Positions 28,364 through 38,415 of a stretch of 64,000 nt of DNA are shown here, one piece after another. The DNA comes from an uncultured Solirubrobacterales bacterium (GTDB lineage: Bacteria > Actinomycetota > Thermoleophilia > Solirubrobacterales > 70-9), in assembly GCA_963815885.1 (NCBI GenBank), contig CAWFIM010000003.1, positions 196,234 through 260,233 on the forward strand, read 5' to 3'. How positions within the stretch are numbered: position 1 is the first letter of the stretch; the number at the start of each line of letters is the position of its first letter. The notes beneath the pieces are model-generated. The model was given only the letters and a program-made list of their open reading frames with translations. It searched no databases and was not told the origin of the DNA. A program made the position numbers and the translations under genes.

Positions 28364-29932
28364 CTACTCCCACTCAATCGTCGCCGGCGGCTTCGAGGAG
28401 ATGTCGAGGGCGACGCGGTTGACGTCGCGGATCTCGTTGATGATCCGGTTCGAGACCCGCTCCAGCAGGTCGTACGGCAACCGTGCCCAGTCGGCGGTCA
28501 TCGCGTCGTCGGAGGTGACGGCGCGGATCACGATCGGGTAGGCGTAGGTGCGCCCGTCGCCCTGGACCCCGACCGAGCGGACAACCGGCAGCACGCAGAA
28601 GGACTGCCAGAGCTGCCGGTAGAGCTCGGCGGCGCGGATCTCCTCCTGCAGGATCGCGTCGGCGGCGCGGAGGATGTCGAGCCGCTCCTTGGTGACCTCG
28701 CCGCCGACGATGCGGATCCCCAGGCCGGGCCCGGGAAAGGGCTGGCGCCAGACCATCCGCTCGGGCAACCCCAGCTCCGCCCCGACCGCCCGCACCTCGT
28801 CCTTGAACAGCATTCGCAGCGGCTCGACCAGGTCGAAGTCGAAGTCCTCCGGCAGGCCGCCGACGTTGTGGTGGGACTTGATCGTCTCCGCGTGGTCGGA
28901 GCCGCCGGACTCGATCACGTCGGAGTAGAGCGTCCCCTGGACGAGGAAGCCGACGTCCTCGAGCTTCGCCGCCTCCTCCTCGAAGACGCGGATGAACTCC
29001 TCGCCGATGATCTTGCGCTTGCGCTCGGGGTCCTCGACCCCGGCCAGCTTGGTGAGGAAGCGGTCTTCGGCCTCGACGTGGACCAGTGGGATGCCGAACT
29101 GGGCGAAGGCCTCGACCACCTGCTCGGCCTCGTTCAGCCGCATCAGGCCGTGGTCGACGAAGACGCAGGTCAGCCTCTCCCCCACCGCCCTGTGGACCAG
29201 CAGCGCCGCGACCGAGGAGTCGACGCCGCCGGAGAGGCCGCAGATCACCCGGCCCTCGCCGACCTGGGCCCGGACCTTCTCGATCTGCTCGGCGATCACC
29301 GACTGCGGCGACCACTGTTGGACGCAGCCGGAGACGTCGCGCAGGAAGCGGGTCAGGATCTCAGTGCCGTAGGGCGTGTGGACGACCTCGGGGTGGAACT
29401 GGATCCCGTAGAGGCCGCGGTCGGGCAGCTCGCAGGCGGCGACAGGGGAGCCCGGACTGGAGGCGAGCGGCACGAACCCCCGCGGCGCCTCGAAGACCGC
29501 GTCGCGGTGGCTCATCCAGCAGCTCTGCTCCTCGGGCAGCCCGCCGAGCAGCCGCCCTCCCCCCTCCCGCAGGACCAGGTCGGTGCGCCCGAACTCCCCC
29601 GACTCGGCCGACTCGACCCTGCCACCGAGGGCGAGAACCATCGCCTGCATCCCGTAACAGATGCCCAGCAGCGGCACCTCGAGATCGAGCAGCTCGGTCG
29701 GGAACTCCGGCGCCCCCTCCTCATACACCGAAGCCGGCCCGCCGGAGAGGATCAGCCCCTTCGGCCCCCGCTCCCGAATCTTCTCCAGCGGCGTGGAGAC
29801 CGGCAGCAGCTCAGCAAAGACCCCGCATTCGCGAATGCGTCTCGCAATCAGCTGCGAGTACTGCCCCCCGAAATCGAGAACGAGCACCTCCTCCACCGCC
29901 CCTCCGGCGGGTGGCGCGGTAGGGGGGCCCAT
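28364..29932 (-). CDS. guaA: GMP synthase (glutamine-hydrolysing)
   Basis: GATase region ([20 protein letters not shown], ...GICYGMQ), ATP-PPase SGGVDSSV and a C-terminal IEWE. I chose the start at ATG 29932 to avoid overlap with the upstream gene. Confidence 0.95.
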   Translation of the reverse strand: MGPPTAPPAGGAVEEVLVLDFGGQYSQLIARRIRECGVFAELLPVSTPLEKIRERGPKGLILSGGPASVYEEGAPEFPTELLDLEVPLLGICYGMQAMVLALGGRVESAESGEFGRTDLVLREGGGRLLGGLPEEQSCWMSHRDAVFEAPRGFVPLASSPGSPVAACELPDRGLYGIQFHPEVVHTPYGTEILTRFLRDVSGCVQQWSPQSVIAEQIEKVRAQVGEGRVICGLSGGVDSSVAALLVHRAVGERLTCVFVDHGLMRLNEAEQVVEAFAQFGIPLVHVEAEDRFLTKLAGVEDPERKRKIIGEEFIRVFEEEAAKLEDVGFLVQGTLYSDVIESGGSDHAETIKSHHNVGGLPEDFDFDLVEPLRMLFKDEVRAVGAELGLPERMVWRQPFPGPGLGIRIVGGEVTKERLDILRAADAILQEEIRAAELYRQLWQSFCVLPVVRSVGVQGDGRTYAYPIVIRAVTSDDAMTADWARLPYDLLERVSNRIINEIRDVNRVALDISSKPPATIEWE

Positions 29933-30014
29933 GTCCGAGGAAGCTTTAGCTACCGGAGGACATGGGGGGTCCCCTGCCGCGACAGGACCCGCCGGCCGGA
30001 GCGCATCGGGACTA

Positions 30015-31220
30015 CTAGTCATCCGATACGGCAACTCCCGCTGACACGGCCGCCCGTCCATTCGAGCCCATGCCCACCGACTGCTCGTTCTGCAGCTTCT
30101 TCCCCTCGCTCATCAGCGCCGGCGCGACCATCACCTCGGCCCGCTGGAAGGAGCGAATGTCCTCGTAGCCGCAGGTGGCCATCGAAGTTTTCAGCGCCCC
30201 CATCAGATTGAAGGTGCCATCGTTCTCCTGGGCTGGGCCGAGCAGGATCTCCTCCATCGTTCCGTCCTGCTTGGTCGAGACCCGGGTACCGCGCGGCAGC
30301 GAGGGATGGAAGGTCGCCATCCCCCAGTGGAAGCCGCGACCGGGGGCCTCCTTGGCGCGGGCGAGCGGCGAGCCGACCATCACCGCGTCGGCACCGCAGG
30401 CGATCGCCTTGGAGACGTCGCCGCCGGTGCGCATGCCGCCGTCGGCGAGCACATTGACGTACTCGCCGGTCTCCAGCATGTGTTGGGAGCGGGCGGCGGC
30501 GACGTCGGCGATCGCGGTCGCCTGCGGGACGCCGATCCCGAGCACGCCGCGGGTCGTGCAGGCGGCGCCGGGGCCGACGCCGACGAGGACGCCGACGGCG
30601 CCGGTCCGCATCAGGTGCAGGCCGGTTGAGTAGGAGGCGCAGCCGCCGACCACGGTCGGCACCGGCACCTCGGCGATGAACTCCTTCAGGTTCAGCGGCT
30701 CGACCGTGGTCGAGACGTGTTCGGCGGAGATCACGGTCCCCTGGACGACGAGGATGTCGAGGCCGGCCTCGACCGCCACCTCGTAGTGCTCGCGCACCTT
30801 CTGCGGAGTCAGCGAGCCGCAGGCGACGGCGCCGCGCTCCTTGATCTCGGCCACCCGCTTGCCGATCAGCTCGGGCTTGACCGGCTCGGTGTAGATCTCC
30901 TGCATCAGCCGCGTCGCAAGCTGCTTGGGTGCGGCGGCGATCTGCTCCAGCCGCTCCTCGGCGTCCTCGAAGCGGGCCCAGATGCCCTCCAGGTTGAGCA
31001 CCCCAAGGCCGCCGAGCTCGTTGACCAGGACGGCCGTGTCGGGGCTGACCACCCCGTCCATCGCCGAGGCGACGAGCGGCAGGTCGAAGCGGTAGGGGCC
31101 GAGGGTCCAGCTGATGTCGATGTCGTCGGCATCGCGGGTGCGGCGTGACGGGACGATCGCGATGTCGTCGAATCCGTAGGCGCGCCGCCCCTTCTTGCCG
31201 CGGCCGATTTCGATTTCCAA
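30015..31220 (-). CDS. GuaB3-type IMP dehydrogenase-family protein (no CBS insert)
   Basis: [15 protein letters not shown]..., ...[10 protein letters not shown]... TIM-barrel IMPDH family at about 400 aa. Confidence 0.8.
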   Translation of the reverse strand: MEIEIGRGKKGRRAYGFDDIAIVPSRRTRDADDIDISWTLGPYRFDLPLVASAMDGVVSPDTAVLVNELGGLGVLNLEGIWARFEDAEERLEQIAAAPKQLATRLMQEIYTEPVKPELIGKRVAEIKERGAVACGSLTPQKVREHYEVAVEAGLDILVVQGTVISAEHVSTTVEPLNLKEFIAEVPVPTVVGGCASYSTGLHLMRTGAVGVLVGVGPGAACTTRGVLGIGVPQATAIADVAAARSQHMLETGEYVNVLADGGMRTGGDVSKAIACGADAVMVGSPLARAKEAPGRGFHWGMATFHPSLPRGTRVSTKQDGTMEEILLGPAQENDGTFNLMGALKTSMATCGYEDIRSFQRAEVMVAPALMSEGKKLQNEQSVGMGSNGRAAVSAGVAVSDD

Positions 31221-31256
31221 GTGATTCCTCCAGGGCTGGCGGTTGAACTAGCCAGC

Positions 31257-32213
31257 CTACACTTCCGCCGGGACCTCCAGATCGTGCACGGCGACCTCGC
31301 CCAGCAGGCGCTCGACCTGGTTGCGGTCGACGGTTCCGGCGCCGAAGTGCTGGGTCGACTCGGCGCCGCAGGCGACGCCGTAGGCGAGGCAGTCCTCGGC
31401 CGAGCGGTCCTCGTAGCTGGCGGCCACGTAGCCGGCCAGGAAGGCGTCGCCGGAGCCGACCGTGGAGACGGGCTCCAGCGACTCGGTGTGGACCTCGAGC
31501 AGGCGCCGCTCGGCGCCCTCGCCGACGCTGGCGACGCAGCCTTCCGGCCGCGTGATCGCCGCCTCGGAGGCGCCGAGGCGGACCAGCTCCTGCAGCCCCT
31601 GGGCGAGGTCGCCGCGGTCGGCGAACTCCTGCCCGACCAGCTCCTCGGCCTCGCGCTCGTTCGGCGTCACCATCGAGGCGCCGGCGCGGACGCCCGCCAG
31701 CATCGCCTCGCCCTCGGCGTCGAGGACGACGGAGACGCCGCGGCGACCGAGGTCGTCGATCAGCCGGGCGTAGAGGTCGTCGCCGGCGCCCGGCGGCAGC
31801 GATCCCGCCAGCACGCAGATCCGCGCCCCGCCGGCCAGGTAGCCGATCCGCTCGAAGAGCCTCTTCACCTCCTCGGGGCTGACCGCCGGGCCGCGCTCGT
31901 TGATCTCGGTCTGGTCGCCGGAGGTGGGGTCGATCACGGCCAGGTTGATCCTCGTCTCAGCCGCGATCCGGGTGAAGTCGGTCAGCACCGACTCTTCCCG
32001 CAGCCCTTCGAGGACGCGGGTCCCGGTCGGCCCGCCGACGAAGCCGGCGGCGATCACCGGACGGCCGAGCAGGCTCAGCGCGCGGGCGACGTTGATGCCC
32101 TTGCCGCCGGCCACGGTGCGGCTCTCGACCGAGCGGTGGCGGCGGCCGAGGCGGAAGTTCGGGACGGCGACGGTACGGTCGATCGCCGCGTTGAGAGTCA
32201 CAGTGAGGATCAC
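31257..32213 (-). CDS. PfkB-family 1-phosphofructokinase-type sugar kinase
   Basis: TVTLNAAIDRT, GGKGINVARAL and GSGDAFLAGY motifs. I chose the GTG start at 32213, after the upstream stop at 32221. Confidence 0.8.
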   Translation of the reverse strand: MILTVTLNAAIDRTVAVPNFRLGRRHRSVESRTVAGGKGINVARALSLLGRPVIAAGFVGGPTGTRVLEGLREESVLTDFTRIAAETRINLAVIDPTSGDQTEINERGPAVSPEEVKRLFERIGYLAGGARICVLAGSLPPGAGDDLYARLIDDLGRRGVSVVLDAEGEAMLAGVRAGASMVTPNEREAEELVGQEFADRGDLAQGLQELVRLGASEAAITRPEGCVASVGEGAERRLLEVHTESLEPVSTVGSGDAFLAGYVAASYEDRSAEDCLAYGVACGAESTQHFGAGTVDRNQVERLLGEVAVHDLEVPAEV

Positions 32214-32220
32214 GCTGCTT

Positions 32221-33438
32221 TCACCCGATTCCGCTCCCCTTGGTCGTTCTACGAGACAGGCGGCGGTAGAGCAATACCCCGCCAATGAGTATCACGAACA
32301 TAGCCAGGGCGATGGGAATCGGGTGCTGTTCGACGAAGGCCCTGACGCGGTCGAAGGCGCTCGCCTCGGGAATCGAGCGCGCGGCGCGCAGCGGCACCGT
32401 CGCAGCCGGCCGGCCGGCGACGAGGACGGTGGCGTGGCCGAGCGTGGTGCCGCGCTTGACCGGGCCCTCGACCTCCTCGGGCGCCTCGACCTCGACGCCC
32501 AGCCGCTGGCCCCGCCGCAGGCCGACCACGGCCGCGCGGGCGGCCCGCAGCGGCAGCTCGCCGCCGGCGTAGCGGATCGAGGGGTCGGCGAGGTCCTGGC
32601 CGGCGCGGATCGGGCGCCAGCGCCGGTACTGGCGGAAGCCCCATTCGAGCAGTTCGAGGTTGTCGCGGAAACGGGCTTCGTCGCTGGGGGCGCCGATCGC
32701 GACGGAGATCAGGTCGACGCCCTGGCGCCGGCCGCTGCCGACCAGGACGTAGGCGGCGTCGAAGGTGTGTCCGGTCTTGACTCCGGTGACCCAGGGGGCG
32801 TCGAAGAGCAGTTCGTTGATCGTCACGATCCGCCGCCGCGGGCGGACGCTGCGCAGGACGGCGCTGCGTGAGTCGGAGATCCGCGCGAAAGCGGGAATTT
32901 GCAGCAGGCGCCGGGTCAGCGTCGCCAGGTCCGCGGCGCTGGAGAAGTTGCCCCGCTGATCGAGGCCGATCGGGTTGGCGTAGTGGGTGTCGGCGAGGCC
33001 GAGCGCGGCGGCGCGGCGGTTCATCTCGACCACGAAGCGGTCGGTCGAGCCGGCGGCGGCGATCGCGAGGTCGTGGGCGGCGTCGTTGCCGCTGCGCAGG
33101 ATCAACCCGTAGAGGAGGTCGCGGACGCTGATCCGCTGGCCGGTCCGCAGGCCGAGCAGCGACTCGCCGTAGATCGGGTGGTAGGGAGCCGCGCGCACGA
33201 TCCGCTCGAGCGGCAGCTCGTGCAGCGCCACCCAGGCGGTCATCAGCTTGGTCGTGCTGGCGATCGGCAGGTGCCGCGCGGCGGCGTGAGAGGTGAGCAC
33301 CGCGCCACTGCGGGCGTCGATCAAGGTCCAAGCCCGCGCTTCGACCCGCGGCTTCCCCGCCGCGGCGGCGGGCCCGGCCAGGACGAGGGCAGCCAGCGCC
33401 GCCGCCGACAGCGCGACGCCGAGGCGAAGCTTCCTCAT
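32221..33438 (-). CDS. D-alanyl-D-alanine carboxypeptidase (S11 family)
   Basis: Signal peptide, SxxK (ASTTKLMT), SGN (LRSGNDAA), KTG (GVKTGHT) and a C-terminal TM anchor. Confidence 0.85.
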   Translation of the reverse strand: MRKLRLGVALSAAALAALVLAGPAAAAGKPRVEARAWTLIDARSGAVLTSHAAARHLPIASTTKLMTAWVALHELPLERIVRAAPYHPIYGESLLGLRTGQRISVRDLLYGLILRSGNDAAHDLAIAAAGSTDRFVVEMNRRAAALGLADTHYANPIGLDQRGNFSSAADLATLTRRLLQIPAFARISDSRSAVLRSVRPRRRIVTINELLFDAPWVTGVKTGHTFDAAYVLVGSGRRQGVDLISVAIGAPSDEARFRDNLELLEWGFRQYRRWRPIRAGQDLADPSIRYAGGELPLRAARAAVVGLRRGQRLGVEVEAPEEVEGPVKRGTTLGHATVLVAGRPAATVPLRAARSIPEASAFDRVRAFVEQHPIPIALAMFVILIGGVLLYRRLSRRTTKGSGIG

Positions 33439-33743
33439 CGCAGCTTCAGGGTCTCGCCGGCGATCAGGATCTGCGGATCGACTTCGGGGTTGAGGGCGAT
33501 GATGTGGGCGACCGGCACCCCCGTCCGGTGGGCGATCGAGACCAGCGTGTCGCCGCTCTTCACGACGTAGGTCTTGGCCTCGGTCCGCTGCCTGTGGTGA
33601 GCGGAATTGGTGCCCTGGTGGCGATGATCGGAGGAGTTGGAGTCGCCAAGCGAACCGGCGATCGCGACGATGACGACTACGACCGCGGCGACCAGAGCGA
33701 CGGCGGCGGAGATCCGGGCGAAGGCGCTGGAGCGTTTTTCCAT
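33435..33743 (-). CDS. Membrane-anchored LysM-domain protein
   Basis: MEKRSSAFARISAAVALVAAVVVVIVAIAG TM segment plus YVVKSGDTLVSIAHRTGVPVAHIIALNP LysM domain. Confidence 0.75.
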   Translation of the reverse strand: MEKRSSAFARISAAVALVAAVVVVIVAIAGSLGDSNSSDHRHQGTNSAHHRQRTEAKTYVVKSGDTLVSIAHRTGVPVAHIIALNPEVDPQILIAGETLKLR

Positions 33744-33801
33744 TGGGAGAGGTGGCGATTCGGAGCTGGCGCGGCTGATCGTATAGCCGCTATAGGCGTT
33801 T

Positions 33802-34680
33802 TCAGGCGGTCGAAACGTCCCAGGTGAGCGCCCGCAGGCGCTCCGCGGCGGCGGCCGGGTCGGGATCGGCGGCGATCCCACGGGAGGCGGCGATCAGCGC
33901 CGAGGCCGGGCCGGCGGCGAAGGCCGCCCCCAGCGACTCCGGCTTGCCGCCCTGCGCACCGACGCCGGGGATGAGGAAGATCGAGCGCGGCATCAGCTCG
34001 CGCATGCGGGCGAGGTGCTCGGGCGCGGTGGCCCCGACGACCGCGCCCATTCCACTGAGGCCGCGATCGCCGAGCAGGCGCTCGGAAAGGCCGTCGACGA
34101 TCCGGGCCAGTTGCTCGTGCAGCGGCAGTTGCGGCGCCGGCAGGTCCTGGAGATCGGCGGCGCCAGGGTTGCTGGTGCGGACCAGGGCGAAGATCCCCGC
34201 CCCGGTCGCGGCCGCGGCCGCGACCAGAGGCTCCAGCGCGTCGAGGCCGAGCAGCGGGTTGGCGGTGAAGGCGTCGGCGCCGAGGCCAGGCACCGGCCCC
34301 CAGGGGGTCGGCGTCTCGCCAACCAGCGCTTGGGCATAGGCGGCGGCGGTGACCGGGACGTCGCCGCGCTTGCCATCGGCGATCGTCAGCAGCCCAGCTT
34401 CGTGGGCGGCGTGGCAGACCTCTTCGAGGGCGGCCCAGCCGGGCGCCCCGAGGCGCTCGAAGCAGGCGAGCTGCGGCTTGACCGCGACGCAGGCGGGGCC
34501 GGCGCGGTCGATCAGGGTGCGGCAGTGGGTGACGACCGCGGCGGCGGCGCGCTCGGCCGCCGGCCCGCCCCCCTTGGCGGCCGACCCGGACAGCTTCGCC
34601 GGGTCGGGGTCGAGGCCGAGGCAAATCTGGCTGCGGCGCTCCTCGACGAGCGCCGCCAGCCGGTCCGCGAACGGACTCGT
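33802..34680 (-). CDS. pyrF: Orotidine-5'-phosphate decarboxylase, type 2 (no canonical start codon)
   Basis: My own translation upstream of ORF 33802..34293 continues in frame: TSPFADRLAALVEERRSQICLGLDPDP...VKPQLACFE...ADGKRGDVPVTAAAYA. The frame is open only from 34704 and has no ATG, GTG or TTG before 34293. Confidence 0.85.
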   Translation of the reverse strand, partial: TSPFADRLAALVEERRSQICLGLDPDPAKLSGSAAKGGGPAAERAAAAVVTHCRTLIDRAGPACVAVKPQLACFERLGAPGWAALEEVCHAAHEAGLLTIADGKRGDVPVTAAAYAQALVGETPTPWGPVPGLGADAFTANPLLGLDALEPLVAAAAATGAGIFALVRTSNPGAADLQDLPAPQLPLHEQLARIVDGLSERLLGDRGLSGMGAVVGATAPEHLARMRELMPRSIFLIPGVGAQGGKPESLGAAFAAGPASALIAASRGIAADPDPAAAAERLRALTWDVSTA

Positions 34681-34681
34681 C

Positions 34682-34964
34682 TCAGCCGCCCTTGACCTTG
34701 GTCTTCAGGGCCGAACCGGCGGAGAAGCGCGGGACCTTGCCGCCCGGAATCGTGATCCGCTCGCCGGTGCGCGGATTGACGCCCTGGCGCGGTCCGCGCT
34801 CGGCGACATGGAATTTGCCGAAACCGGTGAAGCTGACCTCGCCACCGGAGGCTCAGCGCGTCGGTGATCGCGTCGAGCACGGCGTCGACGGCGTCGCCGG
34901 CGGCCTTCTTGCTGCCCAGCCGGTCGTCGCCGGCAAGTTGATCCAGAAACTGAGCCTTGGTCAC
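34682..34964 (-). pseudogene. hup: HU-family nucleoid protein with +1 frameshift
   Basis: MTKAQFLDQLAGDDRLGSKKAAGDAVDAVLDAITDALS then continues one frame over as SGGEVSFTGFGKFHVAERGPRQGVNPRTGERITIPGGKVPRFSAGSALKTKVKGG*. The span is 283 nt (3n+1), with the extra base near 34850. Confidence 0.85.
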
Positions 34965-35037
34965 GTCGGAAATCCTCCTCGGGGGTTGAAGACGGCCGCA
35001 ATCTAACAGCGAACTCGGCGTAACCGCCTGCCTGGGG

Positions 35038-36390
35038 TCACGAGCCGCTGACCGCGATCTCGCCGACCAGCAGCGGCGGCGTGCTGACCGAACCGCCGAA
35101 CGGGACCCAGCGGGACTCGGCGCCGGCGGCCCGAACCGCGCCCAGCATCGAGATCAGGTCGCCCGCGATCGTGAACTCGCGGATCGGCTCGGCCAAGGCC
35201 CCGGCGCGGATCGCCCGACCCGACGCACCGACCGAGAAGACGCCGGTGACCGGGTTGACGCCGGAGTGCAGGCCGGCGACGTCGGTGACGAAGACCCCGT
35301 CCGCCGCCTCCGTCAACAGCTCCGCGAAGCCGAGCGATCCAGGCGCGACGACGAGGTTGGAGGCCGAGACCGAGGGCTGGGAACGGTAGCCGTGGCGAGA
35401 GGCGCTCCCGGTCGACTCGGTTCCCTCGCGGTTGGCGGTGTAGGCGTCGTAGAGGAAGGCGCGCAGCCTCCCCCCCTCGATCAGAGCGGTCCGGCGCCGC
35501 GGCACGCCCTCGCCGTCAAACGGCGCCGAGGCGGAGCCGCCGGGGTCGCGGCCGTCGTCGCTGAGGACCAGCGCCTCGCCGGCCAGGCGCTCGCCGAGGT
35601 GTCCGGCGAAGGGCGAGCGGCCGCGCTGCACCGCGGCGGCGCTGAGGGCGCCGCCGATCAGCCCGGCGAAGCTGGCGGCGACCGTCGGGTCAAGTACCGC
35701 CGGACAGGAGCGGGAGGCCGGCTTGGAGGCGCCGATCATCGCGACGGCGCGCTCGGCACCCTCGCGGCCGATCGCCTCGGGGTCGAGCCCGGCGGGACCA
35801 CGGGCAAGGCCGAAGCCGAGGCCGGTCTCGTGGGCTCCGTCGTCGTCGGCGAGCGCCTGCAGGTAGGCAAAGCAGCTCGAGGACTCGTACTCGCCGGCAA
35901 TTCCGGTCGAAGAGGCGATCGCGACCCGCTCGGAGGAATCGGCGTAGACGACCTGCTCTACCCCGGCGATCCGGGGGTCGGCGTCGAGCGCGGTGCGCTC
36001 GACGCTCAGCGCCAGCTCGGCCGCCCGCGCGCTCGTCCAGGTGCCGACCGAGGGATCGGTGAGGCCGGGCAGCGCCTCGATCTCGGCCGGGGCGGGTGGC
36101 GCCGCGAACTCGTCCTCGTCGGCGACCGCCGCCCCCTCGGCGGCGCGGCCGGCAATCGCCGCCACACCCCACTCGGAAAGATCGGTCCCGTAGGCGTAAC
36201 CGGCCCTGCCGCCGATCCAGACGCGAACCCCGATGCCGCCCTGGGTCGCCGCGGTCAGGCTCTCGACCTCGCCGCCATGGACTCGTAGCTCGCGGCCGCT
36301 CTCGTGGGAGACATAGGCCTCGGCCTCCCCCGCCCCCGCGGCCTGGGCCGCCTCCACCGCGCGCGCCGCGGCCGCGCTCAGCTCGCTCAC
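35038..36390 (-). CDS. pmbA: PmbA/TldE metalloprotease subunit
   Basis: TldD/PmbA-family sequence. The GTG start overlaps the tldD stop as GTGA. I trimmed the ORF-track start at 36567. Confidence 0.85.
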   Translation of the reverse strand: MSELSAAAARAVEAAQAAGAGEAEAYVSHESGRELRVHGGEVESLTAATQGGIGVRVWIGGRAGYAYGTDLSEWGVAAIAGRAAEGAAVADEDEFAAPPAPAEIEALPGLTDPSVGTWTSARAAELALSVERTALDADPRIAGVEQVVYADSSERVAIASSTGIAGEYESSSCFAYLQALADDDGAHETGLGFGLARGPAGLDPEAIGREGAERAVAMIGASKPASRSCPAVLDPTVAASFAGLIGGALSAAAVQRGRSPFAGHLGERLAGEALVLSDDGRDPGGSASAPFDGEGVPRRRTALIEGGRLRAFLYDAYTANREGTESTGSASRHGYRSQPSVSASNLVVAPGSLGFAELLTEAADGVFVTDVAGLHSGVNPVTGVFSVGASGRAIRAGALAEPIREFTIAGDLISMLGAVRAAGAESRWVPFGGSVSTPPLLVGEIAVSGS

Positions 36391-37772
36391 CGCTCGGTCC
36401 CGCCGACGGTCATCGAACCAACCCGGACGTGTCCCTGGCCGGTGCCGACCGGGGCTTTCTGCCCGCCCTTGCCGCAGATCCCGGTCTTCATGAAGAAGTC
36501 CTCTCCGACCGCATCGATCGCCATCAGCGCCTCCAGGCAGTTGCCGATCAAGGTCGCGCCGCGACACGGCCGGGTCACCCTGCCGCCCTCGATCAGGTAC
36601 CCCTCGGAGACGCCGAAGACGAAGTCCCCGGTCGCCGGCTCGACCTGGCCGCCGGCGAAGGAGACCGCGTAAAAGCCCCTCTCGATCTCGGCGATCATCG
36701 CCTCCGGCGAGGCCTCGCCCGGGGCGATGTAGGTGTTGGTCATGCGCGGGATCGGCAGGTGACGGAAGCTCTCGCGCCGGCCGTTGCCGGTCGAGGCGAC
36801 GCCGTCGCGCTCAGCGGTGAGACGGTCGTAGAGGTAGGCGGTCAGCCGCCCGTCCTCGATCACCTGCGTCCGCTGGGTCGGGGTGCCCTCGTCGTCGATC
36901 GCATCGCTCCCCCACTCGCCCGGCATGCGCCCATCGTCGTAGGCGCTGAGCGGCGGCTGCGCGACGCGCTCGCCGAGCTTGCCGACGTAGACGCTGGCCT
37001 GCTTCTGGATGTGGTCGGCCTCGAGCCCGTGGCCGGTCATCTCGTGGAAGAGGACGCCGCCGAAGCCGCCGCCGACCACGACCGGCATCGAGCCCGACGG
37101 CGCCGGGCCAGCATCGAGCAGGGTCAGCGCCTTCCGCGCGGCCTGTTCGGCGATCGCCCCCGGGTCGTCTTCGAGCAGCTCGAAGCCGCGATGCCCGCCG
37201 AGGGTCTCCGCCCCGGTCTCGACGGTTCCCTCGCGGCGGGCGACCGCCTGGGCACCGATCCGCACCCGGGTGCGGTCGTCGCCGGTCGCGAGCCCTTCGG
37301 AGTTGGCGACAGCGACCTCGCGACGTGCCTCCGCGTAGGAAGCGGTGAACTGGGCGACCTCGGCACCCTGGCCGCGGGCGCGCTCGTCGAGCTCGCGCAG
37401 CAGCTCCGCCTTGCGCTCGGAACCGACCTCCTCGGGCCGCCGCTCGATTGGCTGCGGGTCGCTCGCCACGGCGCCAAGCGCCTGGGGATCGCAGCGCTCG
37501 CCGTGCAGAGCGGCGGCAGCCTCGTCGGCGGCGCGCTCGAGGTCGGCCGGGTCGAGACCGTCGACGTGGGCGAAGTAGGTGGTGCCGCCGTCGACGACGC
37601 GCACCCCAGCCCCCTCCTCGGCGCCGGACTGGACCGCCTCGATCCGCGACTCGTCGATCGACATCGCCAGCCCGCGGCGGCGTTCGGCGAAGACCTCGGC
37701 GAAGCGGCCGCCGTTGGCCAGCGCCCGCGCCAGCACCCGTTCGGCGATGGCCGGTTCGAGCAGCTCGCTCAC
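36387..37772 (-). CDS. tldD: TldD metalloprotease subunit
   Basis: Contains FHEMTGHGLEADH (HExxxH). 461 aa, GTG start. Confidence 0.9.
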   Translation of the reverse strand: MSELLEPAIAERVLARALANGGRFAEVFAERRRGLAMSIDESRIEAVQSGAEEGAGVRVVDGGTTYFAHVDGLDPADLERAADEAAAALHGERCDPQALGAVASDPQPIERRPEEVGSERKAELLRELDERARGQGAEVAQFTASYAEARREVAVANSEGLATGDDRTRVRIGAQAVARREGTVETGAETLGGHRGFELLEDDPGAIAEQAARKALTLLDAGPAPSGSMPVVVGGGFGGVLFHEMTGHGLEADHIQKQASVYVGKLGERVAQPPLSAYDDGRMPGEWGSDAIDDEGTPTQRTQVIEDGRLTAYLYDRLTAERDGVASTGNGRRESFRHLPIPRMTNTYIAPGEASPEAMIAEIERGFYAVSFAGGQVEPATGDFVFGVSEGYLIEGGRVTRPCRGATLIGNCLEALMAIDAVGEDFFMKTGICGKGGQKAPVGTGQGHVRVGSMTVGGTER

Positions 37773-37993
37773 TGCTTCGGTCGCTTCCCCGCCACCTCGA
37801 TCAGGCGCCCCGCGGCGACGAACAGCTCAGCGCCGGAGGGAGAGTTCTCGGCCTGGTCGCTGCTGCGGCCATTGGCGTAGTAGAGGCGGGCAAAGGGACG
37901 GCGGGAAACGCGGCGGCGACGGACGTAGGCGGCGGCCTCGTCGGCATAGCCGGAGACGCGGTCGAGCAGGACCCGGTGGGGCTTCGGCGGCAT
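37769..37993 (-). CDS. Hypothetical 74-aa protein, translationally coupled on both sides
   Basis: High-GC3 ORF with TGATG and GTGA overlaps to its neighbours. No recognisable family. Confidence 0.45.
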   Translation of the reverse strand: MPPKPHRVLLDRVSGYADEAAAYVRRRRVSRRPFARLYYANGRSSDQAENSPSGAELFVAAGRLIEVAGKRPKQ

Positions 37994-38415
37994 CAGTCGC
38001 CGCCCCCCCGCGCCCGCGCCAGGTCGCGCAGGGCCGAGCGCAGGTCGAAGAAAAACAGCGAGGCGAGGGCGAAGCGCTCGGTCACCGCGACGGCGGCGAG
38101 GCCGGCATGGCGCAGGGCGAAGACCTCCCCCTGCTCGGTGGCGACGTGGACCTGCTCGACCGGTTCGTCCCCGGCCGCGTCGGCGACCGAGAGCAGCGTC
38201 GCCGCGTCCTCGCGCCAGCGCTCGGCGTCGCCGGCCGCGGCGAGAACGGCACCGCCGGAGTCGAAGATCGCGGCGGCGCGGAGGTCGGGTGACATCTCGG
38301 TCAGAAAGGCCAGTGCCGCCTCGGCGGCGTCGCCGGAAAGGGCCTCGTTGGTGGCGGCGTCGGCCATGTGGGTGAAAATACCGACCGTGCCCCTCGCCCG
38401 AGCCTCCTGGATCAT
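37993..38415 (-). CDS. Roadblock/LC7-like small protein (tentative)
   Basis: The pattern ...LRAAAIFDSGGAVLAAAGD...GEVFALRHAGLAAVAVTE resembles the Robl/MglB fold family. The start could also be the ATG at 38367. Confidence 0.4.
   Translation of the reverse strand: MIQEARARGTVGIFTHMADAATNEALSGDAAEAALAFLTEMSPDLRAAAIFDSGGAVLAAAGDAERWREDAATLLSVADAAGDEPVEQVHVATEQGEVFALRHAGLAAVAVTERFALASLFFFDLRSALRDLARARGGGD

Noticed and set aside
28868-30211. 447-aa plus-strand ORF and neighbouring Arg-rich ORFs
   Set aside because: They are antisense to guaA and the guaB3-like gene. These are shadow ORFs.
36096-37880. 594-aa plus-strand ORF
   Set aside because: It is antisense to tldD/pmbA, and its translation is Arg/Pro/Gly-dominated.
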